Part shown: piece after piece, positions 48,252-60,982 of the stretch
Position numbering within the stretch: the stretch's first letter is position 1
Layout: every line of letters starts with the position of its first letter
DNA from: Oopsacas minuta
Lineage: Eukaryota > Animalia > Porifera
Direction of reading: 5' to 3'
Length of the DNA: 64,000 nucleotides
Assembly: GCA_024704765.1 (NCBI GenBank)
Contig: JAKMXF010000022.1
Span: 248,001-312,000, forward strand
Position numbers and translations under genes: made by a program
Notes under the pieces: generated by a model
Databases searched by the model: none
The model's input: only the letters and a program-made list of their open reading frames with translations
Told to the model about the DNA's origin: nothing

Positions 48252-48860
48252 ATGGCCACTGAAGAAAATTTTATTTTAACTACCACAACTGAGAATAGTT
48301 CAGAGGTTCGGACACCTCCTTACCCTCCTCTCTGCTACGAACTCAAACTAGTACCTCCTGTTATCTATCAGTCACGTGCATTAAGGATAGAATTCAGGAA
48401 CTATTATGTAAATGAAATATCTATTAGAGCAATTTTCGAACGAGATGATGCTACACATTATTTCGTACTTGTTGACAGCTATTCTTTAATGCCAAACTGC
48501 CACACAGAACAAGGTTCTCATGACAGATTTGACATAGCTCTTGAGCTTCCAGAATCTTCAATTAATTTGTGTAAGATACAAATATTTTGTTATCAACTTT
48601 CTCAAAACTGGTGTTCATGGAGACTTAATAACATCAAACTATTCTCTATCACAGAATCTATACTTCAAGTTAAAAGTAAAGTAGACATAGAGCATGAAGA
48701 TACGAATGATACTGTGAAACTAATTAAGTCTCTAACATCTGTTCTTCAGGATAATATTACGTCATCTAATAGAACTGATAATATAGATACAAACACTAAA
48801 TTGACACCTCCTATCACAGGACCATGTTACAATATACAACTGCTATTGTGTGATCAATAG
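48252..48860 (+). CDS. NICN1: Nicolin-1 (tubulin polyglutamylase complex subunit)
   Basis: IEFRNYY...ISIR, YSLMPNCHTEQGS, QLSQNW and the terminal CYNIQLL follow the NICN1 pattern. Confidence 0.75.
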   Translation: MATEENFILTTTTENSSEVRTPPYPPLCYELKLVPPVIYQSRALRIEFRNYYVNEISIRAIFERDDATHYFVLVDSYSLMPNCHTEQGSHDRFDIALELPESSINLCKIQIFCYQLSQNWCSWRLNNIKLFSITESILQVKSKVDIEHEDTNDTVKLIKSLTSVLQDNITSSNRTDNIDTNTKLTPPITGPCYNIQLLLCDQ

Positions 48861-49007
48861 CACTTATTCTATAAGTTAAACATATTTAGAGGGAATTTAT
48901 TTAATTTTCCTTCCTATCTACATTAATTGTGGCTTTGAATTGATACAATATCTGTTTTATATTACATATTCATTGCTCAACCAATTATTAGCTATCCAGC
49001 TCTCGAT

Positions 49008-52000
49008 ATGAAGTATAATGCAATAACATTAATTTCCCTCATTTTATGTCTCTACCTCCCACACCCATCCCTGACTACACCTGTCTTCATCTGGTCCAAC
49101 AGGTAGGATAATATCTCATCTTTTGCACTCCTATTGAATTGCTATTTTTATGTACTTTAGAGATCGCCAGCTATCTAGAGGGACTACTCACTACCTTGGA
49201 AATGATTTAAGTTTCTTCTCATTTGATTACCAGATTCTAGACAACATCAAGAGAGCCGCTCCTGACGTTATCTTCGCTTTCGTTACATCTCCTGTAAGTT
49301 TAGTTTATGTTCTTATCCATGTTGAATTATTCTAATTTTACATGGTGTATCAACACAGAGAAAGTATTATTGTTCATAATTTCCACCATTAATCAGTGGT
49401 ATAGGCACGGATGATGATTGGTAGGGTTGGTTAGGTAGGGATCAGGATTAGTAGGACCCTCTTGTATTATAATTTGTAGAAATATGAACTCCGACCTATC
49501 ATTGGTAGGGCATGCCAACGCTACCATAGCCTACGTTTATAGTTAATTGCTATAATTGATCATTTCTCTACTTCTTCTACTTAAGCTGTTCTGTTTTAGT
49601 TTTCAGTTCCGTGTTACTAATACCATAAATACTCCAATCTATTATTAACTATTTTTCAAATTAACAATATAAATTCATATAATAAAAAATATCTACCAAT
49701 TTATTATTAATAATTTTCTCTATATTCAATTAAACTATTATACCTAAGAAGTAATAACGTAAGCTAACCAGCCCAGATATCTAAGAAATTCACAAATTCC
49801 AATAGGCAATAATTATGTGATTGGTAGTATGTTGTAAGTTATTACCTCTGTTTCTGCTCTGATTCCTCTTGATCATATTTATATGATTAATTAAGCATAA
49901 AGTGATATAGCATACACGAATTTTACTATTAGTAATTGCCTGATATTTTTACACTATATTATTACTAATTAACTAACCAATTTATTGCGAAACTACCTGT
50001 TTTTTATCATTTCGTTATTTCAATCTATATTTGTATTAATATACTGTAATTTTTCCTAATAAAGATTTGTATATTACAATATCCTTACTAATCAATATTC
50101 ATTATTATTGTCTAATATTGTATTCACAGCTTGCTCTTGACGATCTAACAACTGTATACACAAGTGATAATGATGCATGTGTCCATAACACCAAGGTAAT
50201 GTTAATGCTTATCCTATTTATAATGGCTCAAAATTCCAAACTCATACTTATTTTTCTTGCAATCGGGCCCCATTTCCACTACTCATTTCCTTCATCGCAT
50301 CGGTTATACTTGACTGTTGCTATATTATGAATGATAGCGATCATTTTCATTGAGATACACGAATCAGTTTGGGCATTCTCTGACTTTCAAATTATATATC
50401 TGTTTACTCTAATAGAATATTTGTTCATTATATCCTTCTACTGGTAGTGAAGATGCTTTAAATTTATATTAAACCATCTAATCATTTACTAGATGTTTTG
50501 ATTAGCTTGTTTCGTAGATTATTTTATATTTCTTTCTTTAGAATGCAATTCAAAACTCTATTTCTAGTCTTTTTATTGACGAACTATTCCCTGGATCAAA
50601 TTCGATCTTAACTGATCTTAAAAGGAGTTTTTCTAAGTTTGAGGATTACAAAATGGTAGAAATCTCATCAGACGGTAAGTTTATGGGATAACCAGTCTTT
50701 TATGGTATTTCACATTTCCTATTTTGCATATTATCTTTACTGCAAAAAGGTTGGGAATCGTGATCTATAGTCTTAGCTATATTGTATTCTGTATATGTAA
50801 TCTACGTTATAGTGTTTAGCGTTTGCAATACCCATCATCATGCATCACTTATCCAAATAATGTTTCTATTAATTGTGTAACCTAATAGTGCTTAGCTACA
50901 GAAAAACTCCTCAAATCATGTTATACAGACTCATCAATGACTGTATTAACCTTTAGTCGCATAGCCCGATAACTGACACCTAGCTATCCAACGGGGGTGT
51001 TGTCATTCGCGAATGACTGATATGTCTGAAATCCTCTATTATATAATTCAATGGAATGGTCAGTATATATTTTCCTATTCTACCATATTAGTAGACCATG
51101 TGTACAAGGAAATGGCTTGGAAATTTTTAGTCTAGGTCTAATGAGCGACGGGGTCCCGAGGGTTCTCCAGAACTCTCGAGACCGCCTTCGCTCATTGAAG
51201 AAATAGAATCGCTAGCCATCTCTAAGGCTCTTGGACTGTGAGGGTGTATATAACTAGTCTGTTGACTTGGTCACCATGAATATAGATAATCCTTATGTGA
51301 ACGGAACAATAACAAATGACAAAATTCTTCTGATAACTTACATTGGATCATGCAAAATCGGCGGAAAATGATAAATCATCATGGAAAATGCTGTGTAATC
51401 ATCAATGTGTTTGCTAAGTCAAAGTTTAGATGCACAACAAGTTGAAAATAATTGTGAATAACGAGTATGAAATACTATAGATGGATTTGAAGTCACTACT
51501 AGGAAATAAAAATATGGCAGAAAATGGCATATAAGTATAGTCATGGATGAAGTTATATATATATATGACAGTTAAAGGGTTAAGTAAAAGGTGAACTAAT
51601 TACAGTGTGGGGTGATTTATGATGTAAAATTATGAGAGACTTTGGAATGCCGAATAATTGTATTTCCACCAGTGACCATAGATATGTGTACTTATTATCT
51701 GTAGCACGTATCAATACTATGTTTGTATTAATGTCTACTATGTAAACGTATTACAGTTTCCAAACTTGAACTATAGCCAAAATACTTGAGAAACACAATG
51801 AATTTCATTGGATTGTGTAGGACTGTAAGATCTATATTCCTTATTGTACAAAAGTGGCCTATTAAATCAAACTCGTATACCAGAACTAATCCTCAATGCA
51901 ATATGTTTATACTTATAAAACGTGGAATCATTAAAATTATTCATTAATAAACCTATGTCTACAACTAAAGGTTATGGACCAAGATTTGGTTATCACTTAT

Positions 52001-52865
52001 AATTACTTCTTTAACACGTATTCATTAATTTAATGACTATTCATTGATTGCTCAAACAAAATTTGTTATTTCATCTTAATACTTCGCTTCTTCTAGCTTC
52101 TTGTAATATTATTATATTTGCAACAAGACGAAAACTCTGATTATCCTAAATTAACCTTCACAATAAATTCTAAGCATAATTAGCTGCCATAGACGAAGAT
52201 TCAATTTCTTGATAAACACGCATATGATTTTGTCTTTAATACAATAATACTTTAAACTTGATACATTTTGGTATCTATTTTATGGATATCATTTCTAGAA
52301 AAGTCTTTTAATATCTTATTATAGAATTAATTAACAAATAACCGGATATTGCATCTTATGGTTTTTGAGATTAACTATGATTTGTTATATCAGTTAATAT
52401 TATACAGTGATAACTTATGTCAGAGATGGAAATGTACCAAATCATTTCTCTTAAACATTTTCGGTAATTTTAATCTTGTTATTCTAGTTTCTTAACTACA
52501 GATAAAGGTAGGTAGATAAGCTATAAGTATTATCAATAATACACTTGGTTACCCCTCCCTCTTTTCTAATCTATCCATAAATACCTGAAAATTATAACAC
52601 ATCATATGACATACCTTGAACTCTGATTAATTGTACATGTGGATAATTTCAGAATTTATTAATGATACAGTACTAGCATCAAATTACGAATTATTTGACT
52701 TCCCTAACTCCCATTCTCAACTTAAAAGAGATATTTTCTGGAGTTAATTCTGATAAGAATAATTCCGAATATATCTATGATTTCAATGTGTTATTCTTTA
52801 GATGAATTTACTGATAAACTCAAGTTGCACGATAGATTGATAGTGATCATTACATCTGCTCTACC
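49008..52865 (+). CDS. Probable V-ATPase accessory subunit Ac45 (ATP6AP1-like), N-terminal exons; 3' end not resolved
   Basis: Exons 49008-49102, 49161-49293, 50130-50195, 50542-50674, 52653-52742 and 52802-52865 are phase-compatible. They give a signal peptide, then TPVFIWSNR...FAFVTSPLALDDLT...NAIQNSISSLFI, paralleling Ac45 VPLVLWS...FLQDKLSIEDFT...NALDLAPSSLVL. This gene is not in the ORF track. Confidence 0.6.
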
Positions 52866-53634
52866 GTAAGTTGATTTCTGGTAATATTTCTTTCATCTTT
52901 TTAATAGCATTAATATACTCCGAATAAGGACTTGAATCATTGTGTTAGGGGAATATGTATTATTTTTTATCTTTCAATTGTGTTTTGGTTTTAACTATAT
53001 CCGTCTTGCGAAATTTGTTCTTATCTTAGTTGTGCAACTCGAACGTTTGCATCAAATTTCTCGTAATTGTTTAATGTGCACTTAATTTAATTTAGTTATT
53101 ATCATGTTTACGTCTGTTTCTCCTACACTATGCTAAAGTCACCTTATCGGTTCGAATCACATTTACATTTTACTTCCAAATTAAGAAATTCTCATTGGTC
53201 CTAGAGTTTTACCACTCTCTCGAATTCACCCAAGAGATGGCTTAATTGCTTAGCTCTTCACACAAATACTATGTTACTACACTATTCTAATCTACACATT
53301 GCATGTAACAGTCATGACTTGTTATATTTGAAGATATTCTTATAATATTCTGAATAATTTATTAGCTCTTAGAAATAGTTTAAACACATAATCAAGCTTG
53401 TTATTTAATTTAAATTTACTAAAATTTATCTCATTTAATTAGTTGTAACGCACTGCACCTGTTGGAGCACCCTTTGCCAAATTGAGCCAATACAATCCTG
53501 TATGCAAATTAGTGCCTATCTTAAATTAACGTGAACTCACTGCTTTTCCAAGCAACTTTTCATCTACTTTAATGATTTTTTCTTACCTTTAACTCTCATT
53601 AGTACGCGACTCTTGAGAATACTTCCACTTTATA

Positions 53635-53787
53635 CAGTGGAACCTCGTTAATACGAACACGGTTGATACGAATTTTAAGAATAGATATTTACATAAAATC
53701 AGATTCCTGCAATGCTTATTCAATTGGTATTACTCCGGATCAAGCGGACAAATTTCCGCTGGTGTTCGTATTAACTAGGTTCCACCG
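53635..53787. mobile_element. Tc1/mariner-pogo-type MITE
   Basis: 26-nt TIRs CAGTGGAACCTCGTTAATACGAACAC (53635-53660) and 53762-53787 match at 24/26. TA on both flanks. Confidence 0.88.
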
Positions 53788-54820
53788 TAGTTCCCATCCA
53801 ATTGATGAATTTTCCTTCAATCAAAAGCTCCTACATAGAATACGATATTTGACTGCCCATGCAAGCAAATCAACGTTGTTTATGATTAGAATGTAAATAG
53901 AAAATAAATAATGAAATACTACCAGTATAGCATGCATCATATTCGGCCGTCAACAAGAATCTTTATGACGAATATTATTGAATACATGTGATCATTAGTG
54001 ATTCGAAATATTATTGAACTCTCGCAAGTACATTTCAAGATTTGTACAATCTTCCATTTATCTAGTAAAACACAACAGTTCTACGAACCACTATAGATAT
54101 GATTGTAATTACCAAATTCGTTTTCTTATTTCTTTTGAATTCATTTTGATTTCCAATCTTATATTCCTTCAATAACTTTAAGGTTTATACCACAAAACAT
54201 ACGCTCATCGGGGTAGTTATATAATTTCCTTAATACTCAGAAATTTACATTTCGTATTGACTTTCCATAACCAGAGTTTGACGCATGTGATAAACCGACT
54301 TTACAAGACACTTTTTCTTATCAAGACTCTCTTACTTAACCGTGTGTCGATACACTTTTCCATGAAAGATTTAGACCCAGTCCATATGAATATAATTGAA
54401 AATATTGATTATATTGAATATTTTGGATTAATCTGGTTTCCGCTTCATTGGAACAAACATTCCAGGACGAATGTGCCCCAAATTGACAAATCTATGCAAT
54501 CTGGGCTGAGCAGCATATACTCCTATACATTTAGAAATTTTGTTTATGAAAGATTCCTGAGACTATTCTTTCGATTTCCTAACAATTCTTAAGAGTGATT
54601 GTTAGATTCTCCAGTATATAAATTTATATTCCCTATCTTTACCTATTCTTCAGCTTGACAGCTATCAAATCGACTCATTCATTAAATAATTATTTTTATT
54701 ATGTTATGTATTATTACAAAAATATGTATAAATTATTGCTGCCACGAAGACTTGTCGCAAAAATTACTGCGATTTAATAGATATAGAATTGAATAAACTT
54801 TTGTAACCGAGAGGTCGCAT

Positions 54821-55279
54821 TCAGTTATATTTGCGTAAATTATAAGCGTATTCTTGTTCAATAGCACTTTTGTAACTCATAATTATGTGTGTTAGACTCG
54901 CCTTCTCTTGTATTAGAAATTGTTTCTCCTGTCTGAGAACTTCTATTTCGTTCTGGATTACTTCATCTTTTACTCGGTATCTTTCCCTCATGCTCTTTGC
55001 TGCCAAATTATTCCTTCCTTGGTATCGAAGTTTCTTTATCAATCTTTCCTCTTCTGCTGTGAAGAATCCAGATTCTAATATTTCATTTAATTTCCTCACG
55101 CTTATGTCAAATGACACTTTTTGCTTGTCCACAAGACTTAGGAAGTCTCTGCATTTGGGGAGGAGGATAGCCCAGTCTGCCTTCAATATTAGTACAGCTG
55201 TTTCACATTTATGTTTGAGAAACTCCAAATCTACTTGACTGATATTAGTTGGGAGTCCTAAGAAGATATTCTCACTCAT
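54821..55279 (-). CDS. Maf/CNC-like bZIP transcription factor, paralog 1
   Basis: Intronless, 152 aa. EHR-like ISVRKLNEIL...FTAEEERLIKKLR, basic region RYQGRNNLAAKSMR (N-x7-R) and zipper heptads I/L/L/L/Y. A TATATAAA lies at 55333-55340. Confidence 0.8.
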   Translation of the reverse strand: MSENIFLGLPTNISQVDLEFLKHKCETAVLILKADWAILLPKCRDFLSLVDKQKVSFDISVRKLNEILESGFFTAEEERLIKKLRYQGRNNLAAKSMRERYRVKDEVIQNEIEVLRQEKQFLIQEKASLTHIIMSYKSAIEQEYAYNLRKYN

Positions 55280-56430
55280 GTTTTTTTACTGTTATATTTG
55301 TTGATTATTGATATTTACTTTTAATTAACCAGTTTATATAGCTCACTAATTGCGTAGTCAGCTTTCAATCTTACCAAGTGGTATTCTATTTAAAGAATTA
55401 TTCGATACATCTCGCTTATAACGGAAATACACTATTTATTATGATTGACAGCTAACTTATTCCAAAAAATTTTACGATGTCAATTTCATTAATTAGTAAT
55501 CTTACAGTTTGAACTTACGTTTATTACTCTATATTTTCTTGTTACTTTTGATTTTTTTTTTTATTTAGAATTAACACCCGTAAATTATCTGTTTTTAATG
55601 CTATTTTTGGAACAATTAATCTATTTGCTTGTTTCGAAAAATAGCATTTTCTTAAAATTCGCGCCATTGAAAGTTGTGCCATATGATATGTCACACTGGT
55701 ATTTAATTTCGGACAATATTTATATTCTATTATTTGGCAACAAAGATTATGTTTCACAAAGACAAGTGGACCGATCGATTAAAAACACCGAGGCCTGTTT
55801 TCCATTCAGCGCATTATGACTATTACTTACTGATTCGTTGTGTTACCTTGGCTATTCTAATCAAAAATTTAGAATCTGTCGCTAAAATTTCTAATTTTCA
55901 ATGTCAAATAATACCTTTCAGTTGATCAAGTTAAGTAAAATAAAGCCTATGAATAAAATAATTGCCCTAATAATGAATGATGCATCCAAATCCTGTATTA
56001 ACAATAATTGCAAAGCTTCTAAGATAATCATTCTTTAATTGTGATAACTATATCTCCTCCTCAAATTTGATTACATAATTAACACACGTGGTTTGATTGT
56101 GCTTAACATAAGGCCTATCCTTTGTCGGTTCTGAGTATTTAAACTCTTTTCAGCTAGTTTGATACCAAAACTTTTTCTCGAACATTTGTATATATATTTA
56201 TTTATGAATAATATTTGAAGTCTAACTACCCCTTCATCTTCCTATTTGAGTATGTTAATTATGAATTAAATATCTTTATTCAACTAGCATTTTAATTGTT
56301 ATATTTACACACATTATACAGCACAAACATAATAAGAATTAACCGCAGAAGGAGAGCTGCTTGAAAAATTTGCCGCGATTGCTAAAGACTGTTCTAACTG
56401 GAATTACATGCATTTTATCTAGAACTAAAT

Positions 56431-56886
56431 TCAATTAGCCATTTCTTTTTGGTAGAATGAAATTTCTGAGCTTAGATTTTCCATCTCACTGATGAGTGCA
56501 CCTTTTTCTTTCATCAGTATTTCAATTTCAAATTCTATGTTTTCCCCTATTTTGCGGTAATTGTCTCTCATTTTCCTCGCTGCAAAATTATTTTTCACCT
56601 GATATCTGAATTTTTTGATTGCCTTCACTTCCTCTGTCGTAAAAAATCCCGAGATTAGTATGCTGTTCAGTTCTTTAACTCCGATATCAAATGCTACCTT
56701 CTCCCTATCTATGAGAGTCAGGAAATCTCTGCACTTGGGAAGAAGCACGTCCCAATTCTCTTTTAAGATAGGGATAGCTGATTTGCATTTGTGACTGAGA
56801 AATTGAAGTTCGCTCTGACCGATGTTCTCTGGGATAATCATGCAGAATCCGTTTTGATTTGACTGTGTTGAATCATTCGATGCCAT
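56431..56886 (-). CDS. Maf/CNC-like bZIP transcription factor, paralog 2
   Basis: First ATG at 56886. LLPKCRDFL...IGVKELNSILISGFFTTEEVKAIKKFRYQVKNNFAARKMR followed by a zipper; clearly homologous to paralog 1. Confidence 0.8.
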   Translation of the reverse strand: MASNDSTQSNQNGFCMIIPENIGQSELQFLSHKCKSAIPILKENWDVLLPKCRDFLTLIDREKVAFDIGVKELNSILISGFFTTEEVKAIKKFRYQVKNNFAARKMRDNYRKIGENIEFEIEILMKEKGALISEMENLSSEISFYQKEMAN

Positions 56887-58207
56887 CAGTACTGTTTGTA
56901 ACACCTAATATTCTGTTAATTTGATTTATTATTTTCTCACAAAGTATTTATACCTGTTCTTCTCGTTTTATTCGAATTATACTATCTACGTCTGTATTGG
57001 ATTTATAGTACCTGCTATACGTGATTGAACCACATGATCCAATTATTTTGCATTGAAATCTACAAAAATTTTAATTGAAAGTTTTTCCAATTCCACATAA
57101 TCCATATTGTGATAAACGCATTTTCTTGTAACGAATTAATTACTATCCTGTTATTGTAGTTCACAGTATAGTGCTTATACACAACCTACAGCACGTGCGA
57201 GTACCACTAGGGTTAAAGTACATTACAGGTATTATTGCTCAGCTAAGCATCCTTGATCTAAATATTTCAATTTGCTATTTGACAAAGTTACAATCAACAA
57301 ACTTTAAATTCTGGAGAAGGTGAGTCAAATACGCAATGAGCAAGCATAGTAAGTGAACTATATCGTTGGCATGAGGGTTACACACCATAAGTAATAATTG
57401 ACATTTGTCATGTTTCATGAAATTTGGCAGTAGCTGGCATATTCTACTCCAACAAGATACAGTGTAATAGTAATACACAACAATATTAACTACTTAACAG
57501 CATGAGTGAGTAAGCTAAGGGGCGTCCCTTCCTGACCCCGCCATCCCTACGCCTATAGTTACAATCTTGTACCAAGCTGGATGACGATTTAATATAAGTA
57601 AGTGATCTTACTGGCGGAGGGAGAACTTGTGAGATTTTGTGTATATGGACTTATTTTTCAGATTTGTTCTTAACTTTAACCCACATGTTGTAAACGGTGT
57701 GATTTGCATAATTTGCTAGCACCAGCATCCTATTCACCTAGGCATTTTACTACATGCTACACTCAGAATGACCCATTATCTTATTCTTTAGTATCTGATA
57801 TTCATTTTAATACTTAATTGAAATTCCCATATATCTTTGTTGTTTTATTACGGAAATACACTTAATTGATTCGATTTTATATTTACAGCGCCAATTACAA
57901 TGGATCATTGTGAAATTCGTATTAATATAACCATGGATAAACGTACATTTTAGGTTCAATTCCAATGTTATTGTTCCTCTGTCCATATACATTGATGTTC
58001 TTAATATAGTGAACTTAGCATTTGACATTATTTACGAAACATAAATCTATTCCACTAATTGAAATTTTTTCGAATAAATATTGCTTTTGCTCGATTAATT
58101 ACATAATTAGTTGACAAATTCACTCGAAACCCTCTCGTTAAAAGACATTTGCAGTTGAAAATTGAAGATGTCAGAAGATTTGCTAAAATATTCAAAAGCG
58201 TTCATTA

Positions 58208-58360
58208 GGGGCCGTTTAAAAGTTTCGTAACGCTACAAGGGGAGGGTATGGTATGTGAAGTGTGACAGCCCGATTCATTTTGTATTACAAAACAATGAAA
58301 AGGGAAGGGAGAGGTCAAAAAATTGGGGAATTTTGCGTTACTTAACGTTTGAACGACCCC
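58208..58360. mobile_element. PIF/Harbinger (Tourist-like) MITE
   Basis: TIRs GGGGCCGTTTAAAAGTTTCGTAACGC and 58335-58360 match at 21/26. Left flank TTA; the right flank is ATT, so the TSD is not perfect. Confidence 0.65.
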
Positions 58361-59774
58361 ATTTAGCAGAGCATGTCTACGTATGATATAGTGCTTTCTA
58401 CTCATATGTTTGTGAATAATTATTCAATAAAATTCGTAGACAAATACACTGTATATTGGAGCGGAGGAGCCCTGGCCCTTGGATCCGCCCCTGCCAAGTT
58501 TTTAAGTTTGATTGGGAACGGTTTAGTCCAGTACTCGTGGAACAACAATAGCCCTGTTATAATTACTATTTGTCTAGGAGCTGACTGGAGTATTGCTATA
58601 TCATATTCGGATACGTCTTACGTCTCTGAATTTTTAATTCATTTACAATCGAAACAGAAAATTACCTTACATAAGCGTCTTTATACGCACGAATTCAGTC
58701 TGTAGGATGAACTAGATATATTAACCACAATTGCAGAAGGTGGTGATATATGTTGAGGTTGTGGTTGCTAGTTTTACTGGAAATTACGCTGGGGGTTATG
58801 CTGATTAACTTATACTAATTTAAAATTTCATTAATTTGTATTCCGTAATTTGATTTACACATTATTAACGTTATACGTACAAGATAGATAATATTCCATT
58901 GTGTTTAATTATCCTGTTATAATATATGCAGCTGGATATAATATTCTCTATGATTAATAACATACATTCTTGGGGAATTACTTCTAGCAATATGGACGAA
59001 TTGTTTGATAGTATCATGTACATAAATAAGAATAATGAAATCAGTTAATTAACGTCGATATGACAGTTTATTGTTTCACAATTAACTACATACGTGTATT
59101 AGTTTGCATCTTACTGGAACATTCTAATATATACACTATAATATTGTGTTTTAAGAAAATATTACATGAGAAATCACGCCTTGAATGGGCATCATATATC
59201 ATACTAATTTGGACCTTAATTCATAAAATGACCTGAAATACCGTAACTTGATGTAGAATATTCTAACCCCAGAGATATTTTCTCAGGTTATAATATTGAA
59301 GACCAAGTTAGATCTCATTACAGCTACATGTCTTTTTTCATGCAACAGCTTTAGTATTGATATATATATTACTGGCAGCAGGAATTATGGATTAGCCTTA
59401 GCAAGTTGTATAGTAATTCAAATCCGGCAGAACCGGTCAGGCATGTCAGGCAATTGCATTACCACTTTTATTTTCTTCCGCTCGGCCTGAATTATAGTAA
59501 TTGATTTGAGGTCTTAATTAGTTGTATAAATATTAAAGTTTAACATTTTGCATGAGCTTTAATTGCCTACATTTACAAATAAGGAACAACTGTAAGTGAC
59601 TAACAATATGTAACTAGTTGAAAATTGGTAGAATATTTAGCTGAATATGTATTTGATGTAATTGTTTCTATTTGCTGTTGCTTGGGCTGCGATGTGTATC
59701 TGTTGTTTATAAATATTATTTTTACGGTTCTAATATTTTGGCTTTTTGCTTTTGCGCGTCCGTTGTCTGTATGT

Positions 59775-60350
59775 TTACTGGTGAGGTGTTGTGTGTTTAT
59801 TTTGATTCTCCCTCTCTTCTGCAAAGAATTTTTCGTACTGTTTAATCTCTGCTATCAGCTTCTCTTTTTCTGCTAACAGTTCCGACTTTTCTTTTTTGAG
59901 ACTTTGCAAGTTGCAAGAGAAACTTGAATCTTTAAGCTTGTACTTTTCCCTCATTACTTTTGCTGCTTGATTATTCCTACCCTGATATCTCATCTTCTTT
60001 ATTGCTTTCTGCTCATCCATGGTGAAGTAACCGGATAGCAAAATCCTATTCAGCTCTTTCACTGATACATTGAATGCAACGTTGTTTTTGTCTACTAAAC
60101 TTAGGAAATTTGGTGCTGTTGGTAGTGCTTTCCTCCACTCCTCTCTGAGCAATGGACTAGCCAATTGATATTTATTTACTATGTAATGTTTATACATGTT
60201 TGGTAATGTCTCAGCAGGGAGAGCGTAGCCATTAACATCTGTGAACTTAAATTCTAATTCTCTGTCTTCTCCTTGATTTGGAATACAAGAATCTATCAAA
60301 TTTGATGAGTTGCTTGATCTCATAAAATAATTATTTTTATTACTCAACAT
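59775..60350 (-). CDS. Maf/CNC-like bZIP transcription factor, paralog 3
   Basis: Intronless, 191 aa. FLSLVDK...VSVKELNRILLSGYFTMDEQKAIKKMRYQGRNNQAAKVMR followed by a zipper. A TATAAAAG lies at 60386-60393. Confidence 0.8.
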   Translation of the reverse strand: MLSNKNNYFMRSSNSSNLIDSCIPNQGEDRELEFKFTDVNGYALPAETLPNMYKHYIVNKYQLASPLLREEWRKALPTAPNFLSLVDKNNVAFNVSVKELNRILLSGYFTMDEQKAIKKMRYQGRNNQAAKVMREKYKLKDSSFSCNLQSLKKEKSELLAEKEKLIAEIKQYEKFFAEERENQNKHTTPHQ

Positions 60351-60914
60351 TTTAATATCTTGTATTCTACCTTTGAAAAGTGCACCTTTTATATTTATAC
60401 GATAGCTTCGATACTTTCAATTTCCTTTCCTGGACCTGATGAACATTTTATCAAATTGTTGATCTTTGTTCAATAAGTGTAGTTTCATTTATCAACCAAG
60501 TTTTTAACTTCTACCACTATATTTGGTAACGACAACATGTTATGTCTGGATTTAATCGATGAGTATTATGGCCTATCAAGTTTCATATTATAACCATGTT
60601 ATCTTGGGAAGCATGGTCAGTAGTTAGTGACATATAGAAACTATAGGCTGGATCTATGAAAGCTACGACTATCCATTGATTTGGAAGTTATCCTAATTTT
60701 GACTGGACCTTAATTATAATTTCTAAACTTTCCAAATACGTAATTGCTGTACTTAATAATAGTGTTTTCCCAAGAATTATTTTCTGTCAAGTTTGGGATA
60801 TAATTTGTACAATTATCCAATTAGTTCCCCTATATTTGTCTAGTGTTGCAAGAAATATCCAGTTTCATTAAATGACCTGCGTAATTTCTAAGATATGAAA
60901 TTGAACAAAGATGT

Positions 60915-60982
60915 CAGACCGTAGGAGTTGGTACGGCAGGTGCGGCGCTCGCCGCACCAATATTTTTGATTCCTACGTCCCT
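60915..60982. mobile_element. Short GC-rich MITE-like element with an internal palindrome
   Basis: Ends ACCGTAGGAGT / ATTCCTACGTCC are imperfect inverted repeats around a perfect 9-bp stem GGTGCGGCG-CT-CGCCGCACC (60939-60958). Confidence 0.5.

Noticed and set aside
51140-51196. SECIS interpretation of the hairpin (begins with ATGA)
   Set aside because: It lacks the apical AA and the GA quartet geometry, is intronic, and no in-frame UGA selenoprotein is evident nearby.
54257-54592. 111-aa plus-strand ORF, and integrase-like patches (IHMDW, HIRPG..MK) on the opposite strand
   Set aside because: Non-ATG start with no recognisable domain; the integrase-like motifs are in the wrong order and spacing and are interrupted by stops.
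55351-55362. ARE/MARE-like GCTGACTACGCA upstream of bZIP paralog 1 (autoregulation)
   Set aside because: A short degenerate motif that I did not find at equivalent positions upstream of paralogs 2 and 3.
58373-58705. 110-aa plus-strand ORF
   Set aside because: Lies among repeat fragments (contains the GGATCCGCCCCTG Harbinger-like end; the MITE at 58208-58360 is adjacent) with no domain similarity.
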